A DNA stretch of 64,000 bases from an uncultured Chloroflexia bacterium (GTDB taxonomy: Bacteria; Chloroflexota; Limnocylindria; Limnocylindrales; CSP1-4): assembly GCA_963833225.1 (NCBI GenBank), contig CAWHXD010000017.1, positions 328,955 to 392,954 on the forward strand, read 5' to 3'. The stretch's first letter is position 1. Each line of letters begins with the position of its first letter. Positions 16,864-26,846 of this stretch are shown piece after piece. A program made the translations under genes and the position numbers. Under the pieces are notes generated by a model. It had not been told where the DNA came from and made no database searches. It saw only the letters and a program-made list of their open reading frames with translations.

Positions 16864-18339
16864 CTAGTAGACGGAGGTCTCCGGGCCGACGGCCTCGAGC
16901 CAGTCTTTGATGTCCCGGAGGAGAGCCGCCCCACCCGCGCCGTCGTTGGCGCGGTGGTCGATGCCGAGGACCATGTTCATGATCGGGCGGATCGCGATGA
17001 CGTCGCCGTCCTCGCCGCTGACCACGACCGGCCGCTTGGTGATCGCCTCCATGGTGACGATGCCGACCTCGGGCACATTGAGGATGGGCATCACCAGGTT
17101 CGTGCCCAGGTAGCCCGTGTTGTCGACCGTGAACGTGCCCCCGCCGAAGTCGTCCAGGCGGAGCTTGCCTGCCCGTGTCCGGTTTGCCACGTCCGTGATC
17201 GCCATGTTGAGGCCGTGGACGCTGAGCGTGTCCGCGTCCCGGATGACCGGGACGATGAGCCCCTCATCCATGGCGACCGCGACGCCGATGTTGATCCGGC
17301 GCTTCGCGACGAGCCCCTGCTCGGTCCAGTTGGCGTTGAACGTCGGGCTGCGCTTGAGGGCCTCGGCCGCGGCCTTGACGACGAACGGGACATAGCTCAG
17401 CCCGATCCCCTCCTTCGCCTGGTAGGCCTTCTTCATCCCCTCGCGCAGGCGGACGAGCCGGCTCGCATCGATCTCCATCTGGATGTACGCGTGGGGAGCC
17501 TGGAGCGCACGGGTCATCTGGTTCGCGATGCCCTTGCGCATCTGGGTCATCGGGACGAGGACCTCGTCCGCGCCGGCCGGGAACTCGATCGCGTGGCCGG
17601 CGGCCAGCTTGGTCGTGGCGGCGGATCCAGCGCTGCCGGCGGGTGCCGGCGCCCCGGCCGATGCGGGCGCCCCGCCGGTCGCGGTAGCGGCCGGGGCCGC
17701 CGCGGGGGACGGCGCCGCGGGGGATGGCGCTGCGGGGGCAGCCGGGCCTGCACCCGTCCGGACGGCCTCCACGAAGGCGATCACGTCTTCGCGGGTGATC
17801 CGGCCGCCGCCGCCGGTGCCCGAGATCTGGGCAGGCTGCAGATCGTGCTCCCGCAGGAGCCGGCGGACCGCGGGGGTCATCCGCGCGTTGGGGTCATGGA
17901 CGGCGGGGGCGGAGGCGGCGGGGGGCTCTGGGGCGAGCGCGGCGTCGGGGGCGGACGGGGCGGGCCCGGCGGTGGCGGCTGCGCCGGCGACGGGAGCCTG
18001 CTCGGGTTCGGACCCGGTGTCGGAGGCGGAGGCGGAGGCGGAGGCAGGCACGGTGGCGACGTCAGGGGCGGTGGACGCCGCGGCCGACGCGCCGGCTCCC
18101 TCTTCCTCGGTCTCGATGACGGCGATCTCGGCGTTGTTGGGGACGGTGTCGCCTTCCTGGGCCAGGATCTCGGTGAGGACCCCCGCGTACGGTGATGGCA
18201 CCTCGGCGTTCACCTTGTCGGTGATGACCTCGAGGAGGGGTTCGTACTTCGCGACCGTGTCACCGGGCTGCTTGAGCCAGCGTCCGATCGTCCCCTCCGC
18301 GACACTCTCGCCGAGCTGGGGCATCGTCACCTTGGCCAA
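16864..18339 (-). CDS. Dihydrolipoamide acyltransferase (E2) of 2-oxoacid dehydrogenase
   Basis: Lipoyl domain TDKV, E3-binding GTGGGGRITREDV, catalytic DHRANDG; TTG start with GGAG RBS. Confidence 0.95.
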   Translation of the reverse strand: MAKVTMPQLGESVAEGTIGRWLKQPGDTVAKYEPLLEVITDKVNAEVPSPYAGVLTEILAQEGDTVPNNAEIAVIETEEEGAGASAAASTAPDVATVPASASASASDTGSEPEQAPVAGAAATAGPAPSAPDAALAPEPPAASAPAVHDPNARMTPAVRRLLREHDLQPAQISGTGGGGRITREDVIAFVEAVRTGAGPAAPAAPSPAAPSPAAAPAATATGGAPASAGAPAPAGSAGSAATTKLAAGHAIEFPAGADEVLVPMTQMRKGIANQMTRALQAPHAYIQMEIDASRLVRLREGMKKAYQAKEGIGLSYVPFVVKAAAEALKRSPTFNANWTEQGLVAKRRINIGVAVAMDEGLIVPVIRDADTLSVHGLNMAITDVANRTRAGKLRLDDFGGGTFTVDNTGYLGTNLVMPILNVPEVGIVTMEAITKRPVVVSGEDGDVIAIRPIMNMVLGIDHRANDGAGGAALLRDIKDWLEAVGPETSVY

Positions 18340-19706
18340 TGGTCTGCTCCTCCGATGCGGGCGGTTCGCGAGGGACGCGACGAATTGTGGGGGCTAGTGT
18401 CGCGCATCCCGCGCGTCCATGCCCAACCTGGGCCCCGGATCGGCTGACGTGGACGGCGCGGTCCCACTGCCGCGGATGCCACGTCGTCGCGAAGCCAGAT
18501 TCCGATCGCTGCCGGCCGCATCGAATCACCTGCCGTCGCCCGGATGTCCCGGACCACGGCCTCGAGGTCGACGGCACCCCGCTGGCGCGCGTTGAACGCC
18601 GCGACGATCAGCGACGCATCGACCCGGGCGCGGTCGAACCGGCGGTCCACCGCGCGCTGAAGCAAGCGTCGGAGCGGCTGAGCCGCCGCCGCCGCGACGA
18701 GGGTGGATCCGGCCACCGCAAGGGTCTCGCTGGAGGTGACGTTCGCGAGCGCCCACTGAAGTGCGAGGTTGCCGAGGACGAACGTTGCCACCAGCAGGAA
18801 GCTGAGCAACATGTATGCGATCGAGCGGCTGATCAGGCGGTCGATGTCGTACAGGCGATAGCGCAGGATGGCCAGCGTGACCGCGGCCGGGACCAGGGCC
18901 AGGGTGACCGGTCCCAGCAGGCTCAGCACATCGGACGAGATGTCGACGAACGTGGGCAGGGTGGTCACCGCAAACAGCACGATCGCGGCAAGCATCCACT
19001 TGAGCTGCTGACGCTCATCCCCACGACCACGGCGGAAGCGAACCGCGATCGAGGCAACGCCCATGGACAGACCGACCAGCATCGCCACGAAACCGCCGGC
19101 TACCCCAAGCGCGCCGACCCACTCGGGCACCCCCGGAATCGCCAGCGGGTTGGGTGGCGTGCCAGGGTCGATCCGGTCGCTGCCGAAGATGGTCGCGAGC
19201 GTGGACGCGGCGAGCACCCCCACGAGTGCCAACGTCGGAACCCTCCAGCGAGGTCCGGGCAGCCGGCCGTCCGGGAACAACAGGGGCACGAATGCCAACA
19301 TGACCACGACGAACAGGACGACCATCGCGGCACCCATCGCTCCCGCGGCGCCGGCGACCGCCGGCATCGCGTCGGCCCCCAGCCCGACCACGCCGAAGCC
19401 GAGAAAGACGCCAACGCCGAGAGGCGCGGCGGCCAGGAACAGCCAGCCGATTCGGTTCCCCGGTCGAAGCCGCACGAGCAGCCACCCGAGCGAGGCCAGC
19501 CATGCGAGAACGGGCATGAGCTCGACGACCGACAGCTCGGTGCTGTGGTCACCGGGAGCGAGCGCCGCCGGGAGCCAGACCCAGAGCAGGATGATTGAGC
19601 CGGCGACGGACAGGAGCCACACCGCGCTCGCGGCCAACCGCTCCCCGCCCGACGCACGCACGTCGGTCTGGGCACGGGCGGCACGCTGATTCAGAGGTGT
19701 GACCAC
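18327..19706 (-). CDS. Multi-pass membrane protein resembling a sensor-kinase input region without kinase domain
   Basis: PGNRIGWL, LLFPDGRLPGPRWR, ERQQLKW, AILRYRLYDID, VDRRFDR; exact ends uncertain. Confidence 0.75.
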   Translation of the reverse strand: MVTPLNQRAARAQTDVRASGGERLAASAVWLLSVAGSIILLWVWLPAALAPGDHSTELSVVELMPVLAWLASLGWLLVRLRPGNRIGWLFLAAAPLGVGVFLGFGVVGLGADAMPAVAGAAGAMGAAMVVLFVVVMLAFVPLLFPDGRLPGPRWRVPTLALVGVLAASTLATIFGSDRIDPGTPPNPLAIPGVPEWVGALGVAGGFVAMLVGLSMGVASIAVRFRRGRGDERQQLKWMLAAIVLFAVTTLPTFVDISSDVLSLLGPVTLALVPAAVTLAILRYRLYDIDRLISRSIAYMLLSFLLVATFVLGNLALQWALANVTSSETLAVAGSTLVAAAAAQPLRRLLQRAVDRRFDRARVDASLIVAAFNARQRGAVDLEAVVRDIRATAGDSMRPAAIGIWLRDDVASAAVGPRRPRQPIRGPGWAWTRGMRDTSPHNSSRPSRTARIGGADHWPR

Positions 19707-19763
19707 GACCCGATCGTCGCGGGGGACCGTTCCGGGAGCGTTACGGGGGCGCTCCCGACGCCA

Positions 19764-20747
19764 TCAATACGCGGCGAGCTTGCGGATCGCGTCGGCGATG
19801 CGGGCCGGGTTGAGCAGGAACCACTCCTCGAGGACGTGGTTGTAGGGCATCGCCGGCACGTCCGGGCCCGCGACCCGCGACACCGGCCCGTCGAGGTAGT
19901 CGAACGCCTCCTCGGCGACGATGGCGGCGATCTCCGCGCCATACCCGCCGAACTTGTTGTCCTCGTAGGCGATGAGGCACTTGCCGGTCTTGCGCACCGA
20001 CCCGAGGAGCATGTCGCGATCGAGCGGCCGCAACGTCCGCAGGTCGACCACCTCTACCTCGATCCCCTCTCCGGCCACCCGCTCCGCGGCCTCAAGGCTG
20101 TAGGCCACCATCAGGCCGTAGGCAACGAGCGTCACGTGCCGTCCGGGCCGCCGGATCGCCGCCCGCCCGAGGGGCACGGTCCAGTCCCCCGCCGGCACGT
20201 CGCCGCGCACGGACCGGTACATCTTCTTGTGCTCGAAGAACAGGACCGGGTCCTCGTCCCGGACCGCCGACTTGAGCAGGCCCTTGGCGTCGTACGGGGT
20301 CGACGGGATCACGACCTTGAGCCCGGGGACGTGGGTGAAGAACGCCTCGACCGACTGGCTGTGGTACAGCGCGCCGTGGACGCCGCCGCCGTAGGGGGCG
20401 CGGACCACCATCGGGAGGCCGATCCCGCCGTTGGTGCGATAGCGCATCCGCGCGGCTTCCGACACGAGCTGGTTGAACGCCGGGTGGATGAAGTCCGCGA
20501 ACTGGATCTCGGCGATGGGGCGCAGGCCGTTGATCGCGGCCCCGATCGAGGCCCCGATGATCATCGATTCGGTGAGCGGGGTGTCGATGACGCGCGCGTC
20601 ACCGAACTCGGTCCACAGCCCGTCGGTGGCGAGGAACACGCCGCCCTTGCGCCCGACATCCTCGCCCAGGACGATCACGCTGCTGTCGCGCTGCATCTCC
20701 TCCACGAGACCTTCGCGGATCGCCTCGATCATCGTCCGGATGGCCAT
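19764..20747 (-). CDS. 2-oxoacid dehydrogenase E1 beta subunit (branched-chain type)
   Basis: LGEDVGRKGGVF, DTPLTE, EIQFADF, GALYHSQS, FFEHKKMY; TGATG coupling to alpha. Confidence 0.95.
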   Translation of the reverse strand: MAIRTMIEAIREGLVEEMQRDSSVIVLGEDVGRKGGVFLATDGLWTEFGDARVIDTPLTESMIIGASIGAAINGLRPIAEIQFADFIHPAFNQLVSEAARMRYRTNGGIGLPMVVRAPYGGGVHGALYHSQSVEAFFTHVPGLKVVIPSTPYDAKGLLKSAVRDEDPVLFFEHKKMYRSVRGDVPAGDWTVPLGRAAIRRPGRHVTLVAYGLMVAYSLEAAERVAGEGIEVEVVDLRTLRPLDRDMLLGSVRKTGKCLIAYEDNKFGGYGAEIAAIVAEEAFDYLDGPVSRVAGPDVPAMPYNHVLEEWFLLNPARIADAIRKLAAY

Positions 20748-21821
20748 CAGCCGTGCCTCCCGGTCAGCCCGGGGCCGGACGGGTGCCAGGGCGGCGGCGG
20801 CTCGTTGGCCGCCGGATCCGCGTACACGCCGTCGAGCGCCGTGAACGGGTCGGCATCCGGCTCGGCCTCCGCGTGATCGGTGGCGTCCTCCACCAGCGCG
20901 GCGATCTCCGTGGCCAGGGCGCGCCTCGAGGTCCTCGGTCAGCACGCCGGCATCGCGCAGCTGGGCCCGGAAGATCGGCAGCGGATCGTGGGCGCGGCCC
21001 TCCGCCAGGTCAGACTCGGAGCGGTACTTCGTCTGCTGGTCGTCGGAGCTGTGCGCCGTGAGCCGGGTGACCACCGCCTCGACCAGCGTCGGCCCGCCTC
21101 CGGACCGCGCCCGGTCCACGGCCTCGCGCCCGACCCGATAGCACGCGAGGACGTCCGTCCCGTCGACGACCACGCCCGGGATCCCGTAGCCCGCCGCACG
21201 GGCGGCCACGCTGCCGCCGCCGACCTCTCGGTCCAGGGGCACGCTGATCGCGTAGCCGTTGTTCTCGACCACGAACACGAACGGGAGCTGGTGGATCGAG
21301 GCGAAGTTGAGCGCCTCGTGGACGTCACCCTGGTTGGAGCTGCCCTCGCCCATCATCGCGACCGCGACCTGGCCGGTGCCGCGGATCTTCGCGGCCAGCG
21401 CGATGCCCGTCGCGTGCAGGATCTGGGTGGCCACCGGCGACGAGACCGACACGATGTGGTGGGCCGGAGCGCCGTAGTGACCGGGCATCTGGCGCCCGCC
21501 CGAGCCCGGGTCGGAGGCCTTGGCGTACTGGGCGAGCATCACGTCGCGTGGCGTCATCCCGAACGCGAGGCAGGTGGCGATGGAGCGATAGAACGGGGCG
21601 ACCCAGTCGTGACCCCGGCGCAGGGGCCAGGCAAGGCCGACCTGCGCGCCCTCGTGGCCCTGGCCGCTGATCACGAACGACAGGCGCCCGGCCCGGTTGA
21701 GCACCCACATCCGCTCGTCGATGGCCCGCGCGAGGGCCACGGTCCGGTACATGGCGAAGAGGTCCGCGTCGGACAGGCCGACCGATGCGGCGAGATCGCT
21801 GGCCCCGTGGGTGTCCGTCAT
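20747..21821 (-). CDS. 2-oxoacid dehydrogenase E1 alpha subunit (+1 indel near 20918)
   Basis: GRQMPGH, TPP motif GEGSSNQG..ENN, HSSDD; removing one C restores a normal C-terminus ending TGA at 20747-20749. Confidence 0.92.
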
Positions 21822-21868
21822 TCCATCCCTCCCGTGGACGGGCGGATCGGCATGGATATGGATGGCCC

Positions 21869-23312
21869 CTAGAAGTTGATGGCCCGGCCGTCGACCGCCA
21901 TCGCGGTCTCGCCCAGGATCTCCGAGAACGTGGGGTGGGCGTGGGTCGTCGCCCCGATCTCCCAGGGCGTCGCCTCCAGGGTCATGGCCAGCGACGCTTC
22001 TGCGATCAGGTCGGTGGCGTGCGGCCCGATGATGTGGATGCCCGAGCGTCTCGTCGGTGTCGCGGTTGGCGATGATCTTGGTGAAGCCCTCGTACTCGCC
22101 CCCGATGATCGCCTTGCCGATCGCCTGGAACGGGACCTTGGCCACCTTGACCGGGAGGTCCTGCGCCTCGCACTGCGCCTGGGTCAGCCCCACCGAGGCG
22201 ATCTCCGGGCGGCAGTAGGTGGCGCGGGGCTGCTTCACATAGTCCATCTCGTGGACATCCGGGTCGCCGACGATCGTGTGGACCGCGATGATCCCCTCGT
22301 GGGCCGCCGTGTGCGCGAGCTGGAGCCCGCCGACGATGTCCCCGATCGCGTACAGGTGCGGCTCCTTCGTCCGCAGGTGGCCGTCCACCTTGACGAGGCC
22401 GCGATCGAGCTCCGCGCCCGTGGTCTCGAGGCCGACGTCCTCCGTGTTCACGGCACGGCCGGCCGCGACCAGGAGCATCTCTGCCGCGAGCTCCTTCGCC
22501 TCGCCGCCCTCGGGGCCAACCGTCAGCCGCACCCCGCCGTCGTCGGCGATGACGCTGGTCGCGTCGAAGCGGGCATTGGTGATGACCGTGATCCCGCGGC
22601 GATTGAAGCTGCGCTCGAGCTCCTTGCTGACCTCGGCGTCCTCGAGCGGGACGATGGCCGGCAGGTACTCCAGCAGGGTGACCTTCGCGCCGAGGTCGTG
22701 GTACATCGACGCAAACTCCACGCCGACCGCCCCGGCCCCGACCACGATGATGCTGGCCGGCATCGAGTCGCTCCGGAGCACGTCATCGGAGGTCACGATC
22801 CGCTTGCCGTCGGGGACGATCCCCGGCAGCGACTTGACCCGCGAGCCCGTCGCCAGCACGACATCCGTGCCGCTGAGCACGCGCTCGCCACCCGCGCCCG
22901 GGGTGCCGTCCTCGCCGGCCAGCTGCACGCGGACCTTCGTCGGCCCGTCCAGCCGGCCGCGCCCGGCGATCCAGGTCACGTCGTTCTTCTTGACCAGGCT
23001 CTGGAGGCCCTTCCACATCCGGGTCACGACCTGCTCGCGCCGCTTGGCGATCTGCGCGAAGTCCACCTCGGCGGGTCCGGCCAGCCGGAGGCCAAAGTCG
23101 CCGGCCTTGCGGACCTTCTCGGCCACGGCCGCCGACTCGAGCATGGCCTTGGTGGGGATGCAGCCGCGGTGGAGACAGGTGCCCCCGATCCGGTCCTCGT
23201 CCACGAGGGCGACGCGCAGGCCAAGCTGGGCGCCACGGAAGGCCGCGGCGTAGCCACCGGTGCCGGCACCGAGGACGATCAGGTCGAAATCATTGGAAGA
23301 GCCGACGGCCAT
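21869..23312 (-). CDS. lpdA: Dihydrolipoyl dehydrogenase (+1 indel near 22042)
   Basis: GAGTGGY, GGTCLHRGCIPTK, GAGAVG; shifted frame gives IHIIGPHATDLI..HAHPTFSE..AINF-stop. Confidence 0.95.
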
Positions 23313-23527
23313 CGGTCAGGGGGTCTCCGTTGCGGCCACGGGCGAACTGGCGGGCGTGGGGCCGCGGGGCCATTCGTGGGGGTGTGGCATCGAGCCCGAT
23401 CGTACACCGGCCCGCTCGACCGCCGGGGGAGAACCCGATACCGGCGAAGTCGGATGCCGGCCGTCTGGATGCGGGCGAGCTCGAATGCCGGCCGACCGGA
23501 CGCCGGCGGGTTCGAGGACCGGTGAAT

Positions 23528-23565
23528 CGCAACGCCGGGCCGCGAGATCGCGACCCGGCGTTGCG
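23528..23565 (-). terminator. GC-rich hairpin downstream of zinc-ribbon gene
   Basis: CGCAACGCCGGG / CCCGGCGTTGCG 12-bp perfect stem; weak U tract. Confidence 0.6.
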
Positions 23566-23577
23566 TGAGGCGCTGAG

Positions 23578-23958
23578 TCAGCCGCCGCGCTGGGTGCGGA
23601 AGCAGTCCGAGCAATAGACAGGCTTGCCATTGGTGGGCCGGAACGGGACCTTGGCTTCCTTGCCACAGCTTGAGCAGGTTGCCGAGAACATCTCCCGCGG
23701 CCCGCTGGAGCGCTGGCCGTAGCCGCCGGCGGAATAGCCACCACCGCCGCCGTAGCCGCCGGAGTCATAGCCGCCGCTCGAGTACGAGCCGCCGCCATAC
23801 CCACCGCTGTCACCCGCGCGCGCGGCCTTGCGGCTTGCGCGGCACGACGGGCAGCGACGGGGCTCCGAGAATCCCTTCTCGGTATAGAACTCCTGCTCGC
23901 GCTCTGTGAATGCGAACTCCATTCCGCAGTCGGAACAGGTAAGGGTCTTGTCGGCCAC
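23578..23958 (-). CDS. Zinc-ribbon protein (zf-trcl + CxxC-x17-CxxC) with Gly/Tyr-rich linker
   Basis: DKTLTCSDCG..FYTEKGF.EPRRCPSCR; CSSCG-X-PFRP..PVYCSDCF; GTG start after GGAGGAG. Confidence 0.93.
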   Translation of the reverse strand: MADKTLTCSDCGMEFAFTEREQEFYTEKGFSEPRRCPSCRASRKAARAGDSGGYGGGSYSSGGYDSGGYGGGGGYSAGGYGQRSSGPREMFSATCSSCGKEAKVPFRPTNGKPVYCSDCFRTQRGG

Positions 23959-24084
23959 GTGCCGATCTCCTCCAGTTGTCGCCGCCTCTTGCCCGGGTCC
24001 TCGAGTTTTGCAGATGCTGGCCGGAGGAAACCGTGTGCCGAACGTGCGAACGAAATGAGCATGCGCGGCTGTCCGCGCGAGGTG

Positions 24085-24113
24085 AGCATACGCGGTCATC
24101 GCAACCGTGGCGA
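24085..24113 (-). promoter_or_regulatory. Putative sigma70-type promoter of zinc-ribbon gene
   Basis: TCGCCA-17 nt-TATGCT on minus strand. Confidence 0.45.
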
Positions 24114-24156
24114 CACCTTTTTCCACCCGTTTCGCAGGCTTCGCCCGCGGAGCGCC

Positions 24157-25791
24157 TCAATCGACCGCCGGAACGGCGTACTCGCGGCGGGCGCCGGCGA
24201 GGTATCGCTCGATCTCAACGGCCTGGCGGTCCCCATCCCAGCCGAGGGCCTCACCGGCGATCCGGGCCACGCGCGGGGCGATCCCCTCGCCGCGATCGCG
24301 GAGCACCGGGGCCAGCCGGATCCGGCGTGCGAGCAGGTCATCCAGGCTCATCGCCTGCTCCTGCTCCACGCCCCAGGCGATCTCCGCCTCGAGGTACGGG
24401 TGGCCGGCGAGGAGCGGGCGGACGAGATCACGGGCGCGGCCGACGCTCACGACCTCGGGTGCCCGCGTCCCGTGGCGGTCAACGAGGCTGCGTGCCTGGT
24501 CATCGTCGAGGCCCTCGTCGCGGACCATCTGCCTGGCCAGCGCGTCAAGGGTCGCGATCGGCGCGGCGCCGTCGATCGGCAGCTCGGCGGTGGCCGACGG
24601 CCTGCCGCGTCCGGCCGAACCGAGGACGGCATCCACGGCGTCGCGAGCCATGACCCGGTAGGTCGTGTACTTGCCGCCGCTCACGCGCACCAGCCCGGGC
24701 GCCTCGACGGCCACCCGGTGCTCCCGGGAGACCTTCACCGACGAGCTCGCGTCGGTGGGTGCGACCAGCGGGCGGAGCCCGGCGTAGGTGCCGGTGATGT
24801 CGTCACGGCCCATCCGCAGGTCGAGGGCGCCGTTGAGCGTGCCCAGGATCTCGTCCACCTCGGCGCCATCGGTGACGACGTGGTCGAGCGGCCCGCGGTA
24901 GGGGTGGTCCGTGGTGCCGATGATCCAGTGTCGCGGCCACGGGACCAGGAACGCGACCCGGCCCGGGATCCGCAGCGTCATGCCGCCGCGCGCGGGGATC
25001 CGGTCTCGCTCGATGACGAGGTGGCTGCCGCGGGCCGGCAGGATCTCGAACGACCCGCCGCCGAAGGGCCGATCAGGGAGGGCGCCCCAGACGCCGGTCG
25101 CATCGAGCACGGACGTCGCCCGGACGTCGGCAGAGGCGCCGGTGAGCAGGTCCGTCACCGTGGCGCCGGTCACCCGCTCGCCAGCGAGGAGCGGCGCCGT
25201 CGCCCGGACGCGGGTCACGACCGCCGCGGCCCCGTCGGCCCCGTCGAGCGCCGTGCGGATGACCGCGAGCGTGAACCGCGCGTCGTCCTCCATCGCATCG
25301 TGGTAGAGCAGGGCACCCCGGAGGTCGCGGCGGACCAGGTTCGGGGCATAGGCCAGCGTCTCGTCGACACCCAGGTGCCGATGTCTGCCGGCCGACGCGG
25401 CTGAGCCGAGCAGGTCGTAAGCGGTCAGGCCTGCCTCGTAGAAGGCCCGCGTGATCCCGCGGGGCCCGTAGATCGGGAACAGGAACGCCTCCAGCCGGAC
25501 CAGGTGCGGCGCGAGCCTGAGGAGCCGGGCCCGCTCGGCCAGCGCCTCGCGCACGAGGCCAACCTCGCCCTGCTGGAGATACCGGAGCCCGCCGTGGATC
25601 AGCCGGCTGGAGCGGGAGCTGGTCCCGGACGCGATGTCATCCTGCTCGACCAGGGCGACCTTCATGCCGCGCGAGACGGCATCGAGCAGGGCTCCGGCTC
25701 CCACGATCCCGCCACCCACGATCAGCAGGTCCCAGCGCTCGTCGGCGAGGCGGGCGAGGTCCGTGGTGCGGCGCGCGAGCGGGTCGGCCAT
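24157..25791 (-). CDS. glpD: FAD-dependent glycerol-3-phosphate dehydrogenase/oxidase
   Basis: GGGIVGAG, GTSSRSSRLIHGGLRYL, IGTTD, AGLRPL, GGKYTTYR. Confidence 0.93.
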   Translation of the reverse strand: MADPLARRTTDLARLADERWDLLIVGGGIVGAGALLDAVSRGMKVALVEQDDIASGTSSRSSRLIHGGLRYLQQGEVGLVREALAERARLLRLAPHLVRLEAFLFPIYGPRGITRAFYEAGLTAYDLLGSAASAGRHRHLGVDETLAYAPNLVRRDLRGALLYHDAMEDDARFTLAVIRTALDGADGAAAVVTRVRATAPLLAGERVTGATVTDLLTGASADVRATSVLDATGVWGALPDRPFGGGSFEILPARGSHLVIERDRIPARGGMTLRIPGRVAFLVPWPRHWIIGTTDHPYRGPLDHVVTDGAEVDEILGTLNGALDLRMGRDDITGTYAGLRPLVAPTDASSSVKVSREHRVAVEAPGLVRVSGGKYTTYRVMARDAVDAVLGSAGRGRPSATAELPIDGAAPIATLDALARQMVRDEGLDDDQARSLVDRHGTRAPEVVSVGRARDLVRPLLAGHPYLEAEIAWGVEQEQAMSLDDLLARRIRLAPVLRDRGEGIAPRVARIAGEALGWDGDRQAVEIERYLAGARREYAVPAVD

Positions 25792-25817
25792 CTTCGGTGC
25801 TCCTGTCCTGCCGGCGA

Positions 25818-26024
25818 TCAGGCGCCCGGCCGGCGCAGGATCCGCCACAGGACGAAGCCGGTTCCGGCGATCAGGACGACGATCAGCAGCGGCGTGTGGA
25901 ACACGACGGCCTGGCCGTCCGCGGGCAGCAATGCCGTGAGGCCCGCGGCCGCCATCACGACCAGCACCGCGGCCGCGGCCACGAGCAGCACCGCGCGGAT
26001 GCCTGGCTGGCGAGCCTGGGTCAC
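25818..26024 (-). CDS. Small two-TM membrane protein
   Basis: Two hydrophobic helices; fills the gap between nnrE and glpD on the same strand. Confidence 0.65.
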   Translation of the reverse strand: MTQARQPGIRAVLLVAAAAVLVVMAAAGLTALLPADGQAVVFHTPLLIVVLIAGTGFVLWRILRRPGA

Positions 26025-26030
26025 GGGCCG

Positions 26031-26813
26031 CTAGCTCCGGTCCGCCTCGGGCGGGATGCCGATCGGGGCGACCAGCACCCGGCCCGCGAGCCGGCGTCCG
26101 GCACGGGATCGAAGCCCCGTCTTGGGGCGGTGGAACGTGACCGTGAGATCGGCGCGGACCACGGGATCCGAGGGGTCGCCGGAGGTGAGGTCAACGGCGG
26201 TTGGCGTGTCGACCGCGAGGACCGGCACGCCGGCCTCGTGGGCGCGGCGGATGACCTCGACCGCGGTGCGGACCGGCTCGCGGAGCTGTCCCCGGACCCC
26301 CGTGCCGAGGAGCGCGTCGACGACGATCGACGCCTTCTCGATCCCCTGCCCCAGGATCGCCAGATCACGGGCGACGGGCGCGTGGATCTTGGTCACGTTG
26401 GCCATGTCGTCCAGGCGTTTCCAGTTCCTGGCCGCGTCCGGGGTCCGCGGGCGCGGATCGGCGGCGACCAGGACGGCGATCACCGGCGTTCCCCACTCCG
26501 CGAGACGGCGGGCGGCCACGAACCCGTCGCCGCCATTGTTGCCGGGCCCGGCGAGCACCAGGACCGGCCTGGCCTCACGCGCGTTGAACGCGACCAGTGC
26601 GCGGGCCGCCGCCGCGACGGCCGTCCCGGCGTGCTCCATGAGCTCCTCGCCGGGCGTCCCCAGCGCCTGCGCCTTGCGGTCGGCACCGGTCATCGCCTCG
26701 GCCGTGATCGCGGTCCGGGCGGCAGCCGGCGCCCAGCGCAGCTCCAGCTCATCGAGCGTGAGCGCGTGCAGCTCCGGGTCATGGGCGGGCAGGGGCGCGG
26801 TCGTGGGGGGCAC
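26031..26813 (-). CDS. nnrE: NAD(P)H-hydrate epimerase (stand-alone YjeF N-terminal domain)
   Basis: LMEHAG, GPGNNGGDG, VDALLGTG, AVDTPT, TVTFHRPKTGL, APIGIP. Confidence 0.93.
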   Translation of the reverse strand: MPPTTAPLPAHDPELHALTLDELELRWAPAAARTAITAEAMTGADRKAQALGTPGEELMEHAGTAVAAAARALVAFNAREARPVLVLAGPGNNGGDGFVAARRLAEWGTPVIAVLVAADPRPRTPDAARNWKRLDDMANVTKIHAPVARDLAILGQGIEKASIVVDALLGTGVRGQLREPVRTAVEVIRRAHEAGVPVLAVDTPTAVDLTSGDPSDPVVRADLTVTFHRPKTGLRSRAGRRLAGRVLVAPIGIPPEADRS

Positions 26814-26846
26814 GGCGCAAGGGTACCGCGCACGGTCCCGGCGGGC

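Noticed and set aside
19764-23312. 1182-aa ORF appearing to be an Lpd-E1a-E1b triple fusion
   Set aside because: The junction segments are out-of-frame nonsense; removing one base at ~22042 and one at ~20918 restores normal C-termini, stops and separate starts.
23440-23516. Imperfect ~31-bp tandem duplication upstream of lpdA
   Set aside because: Only two degenerate copies in GC-rich intergenic DNA; no supportable function.
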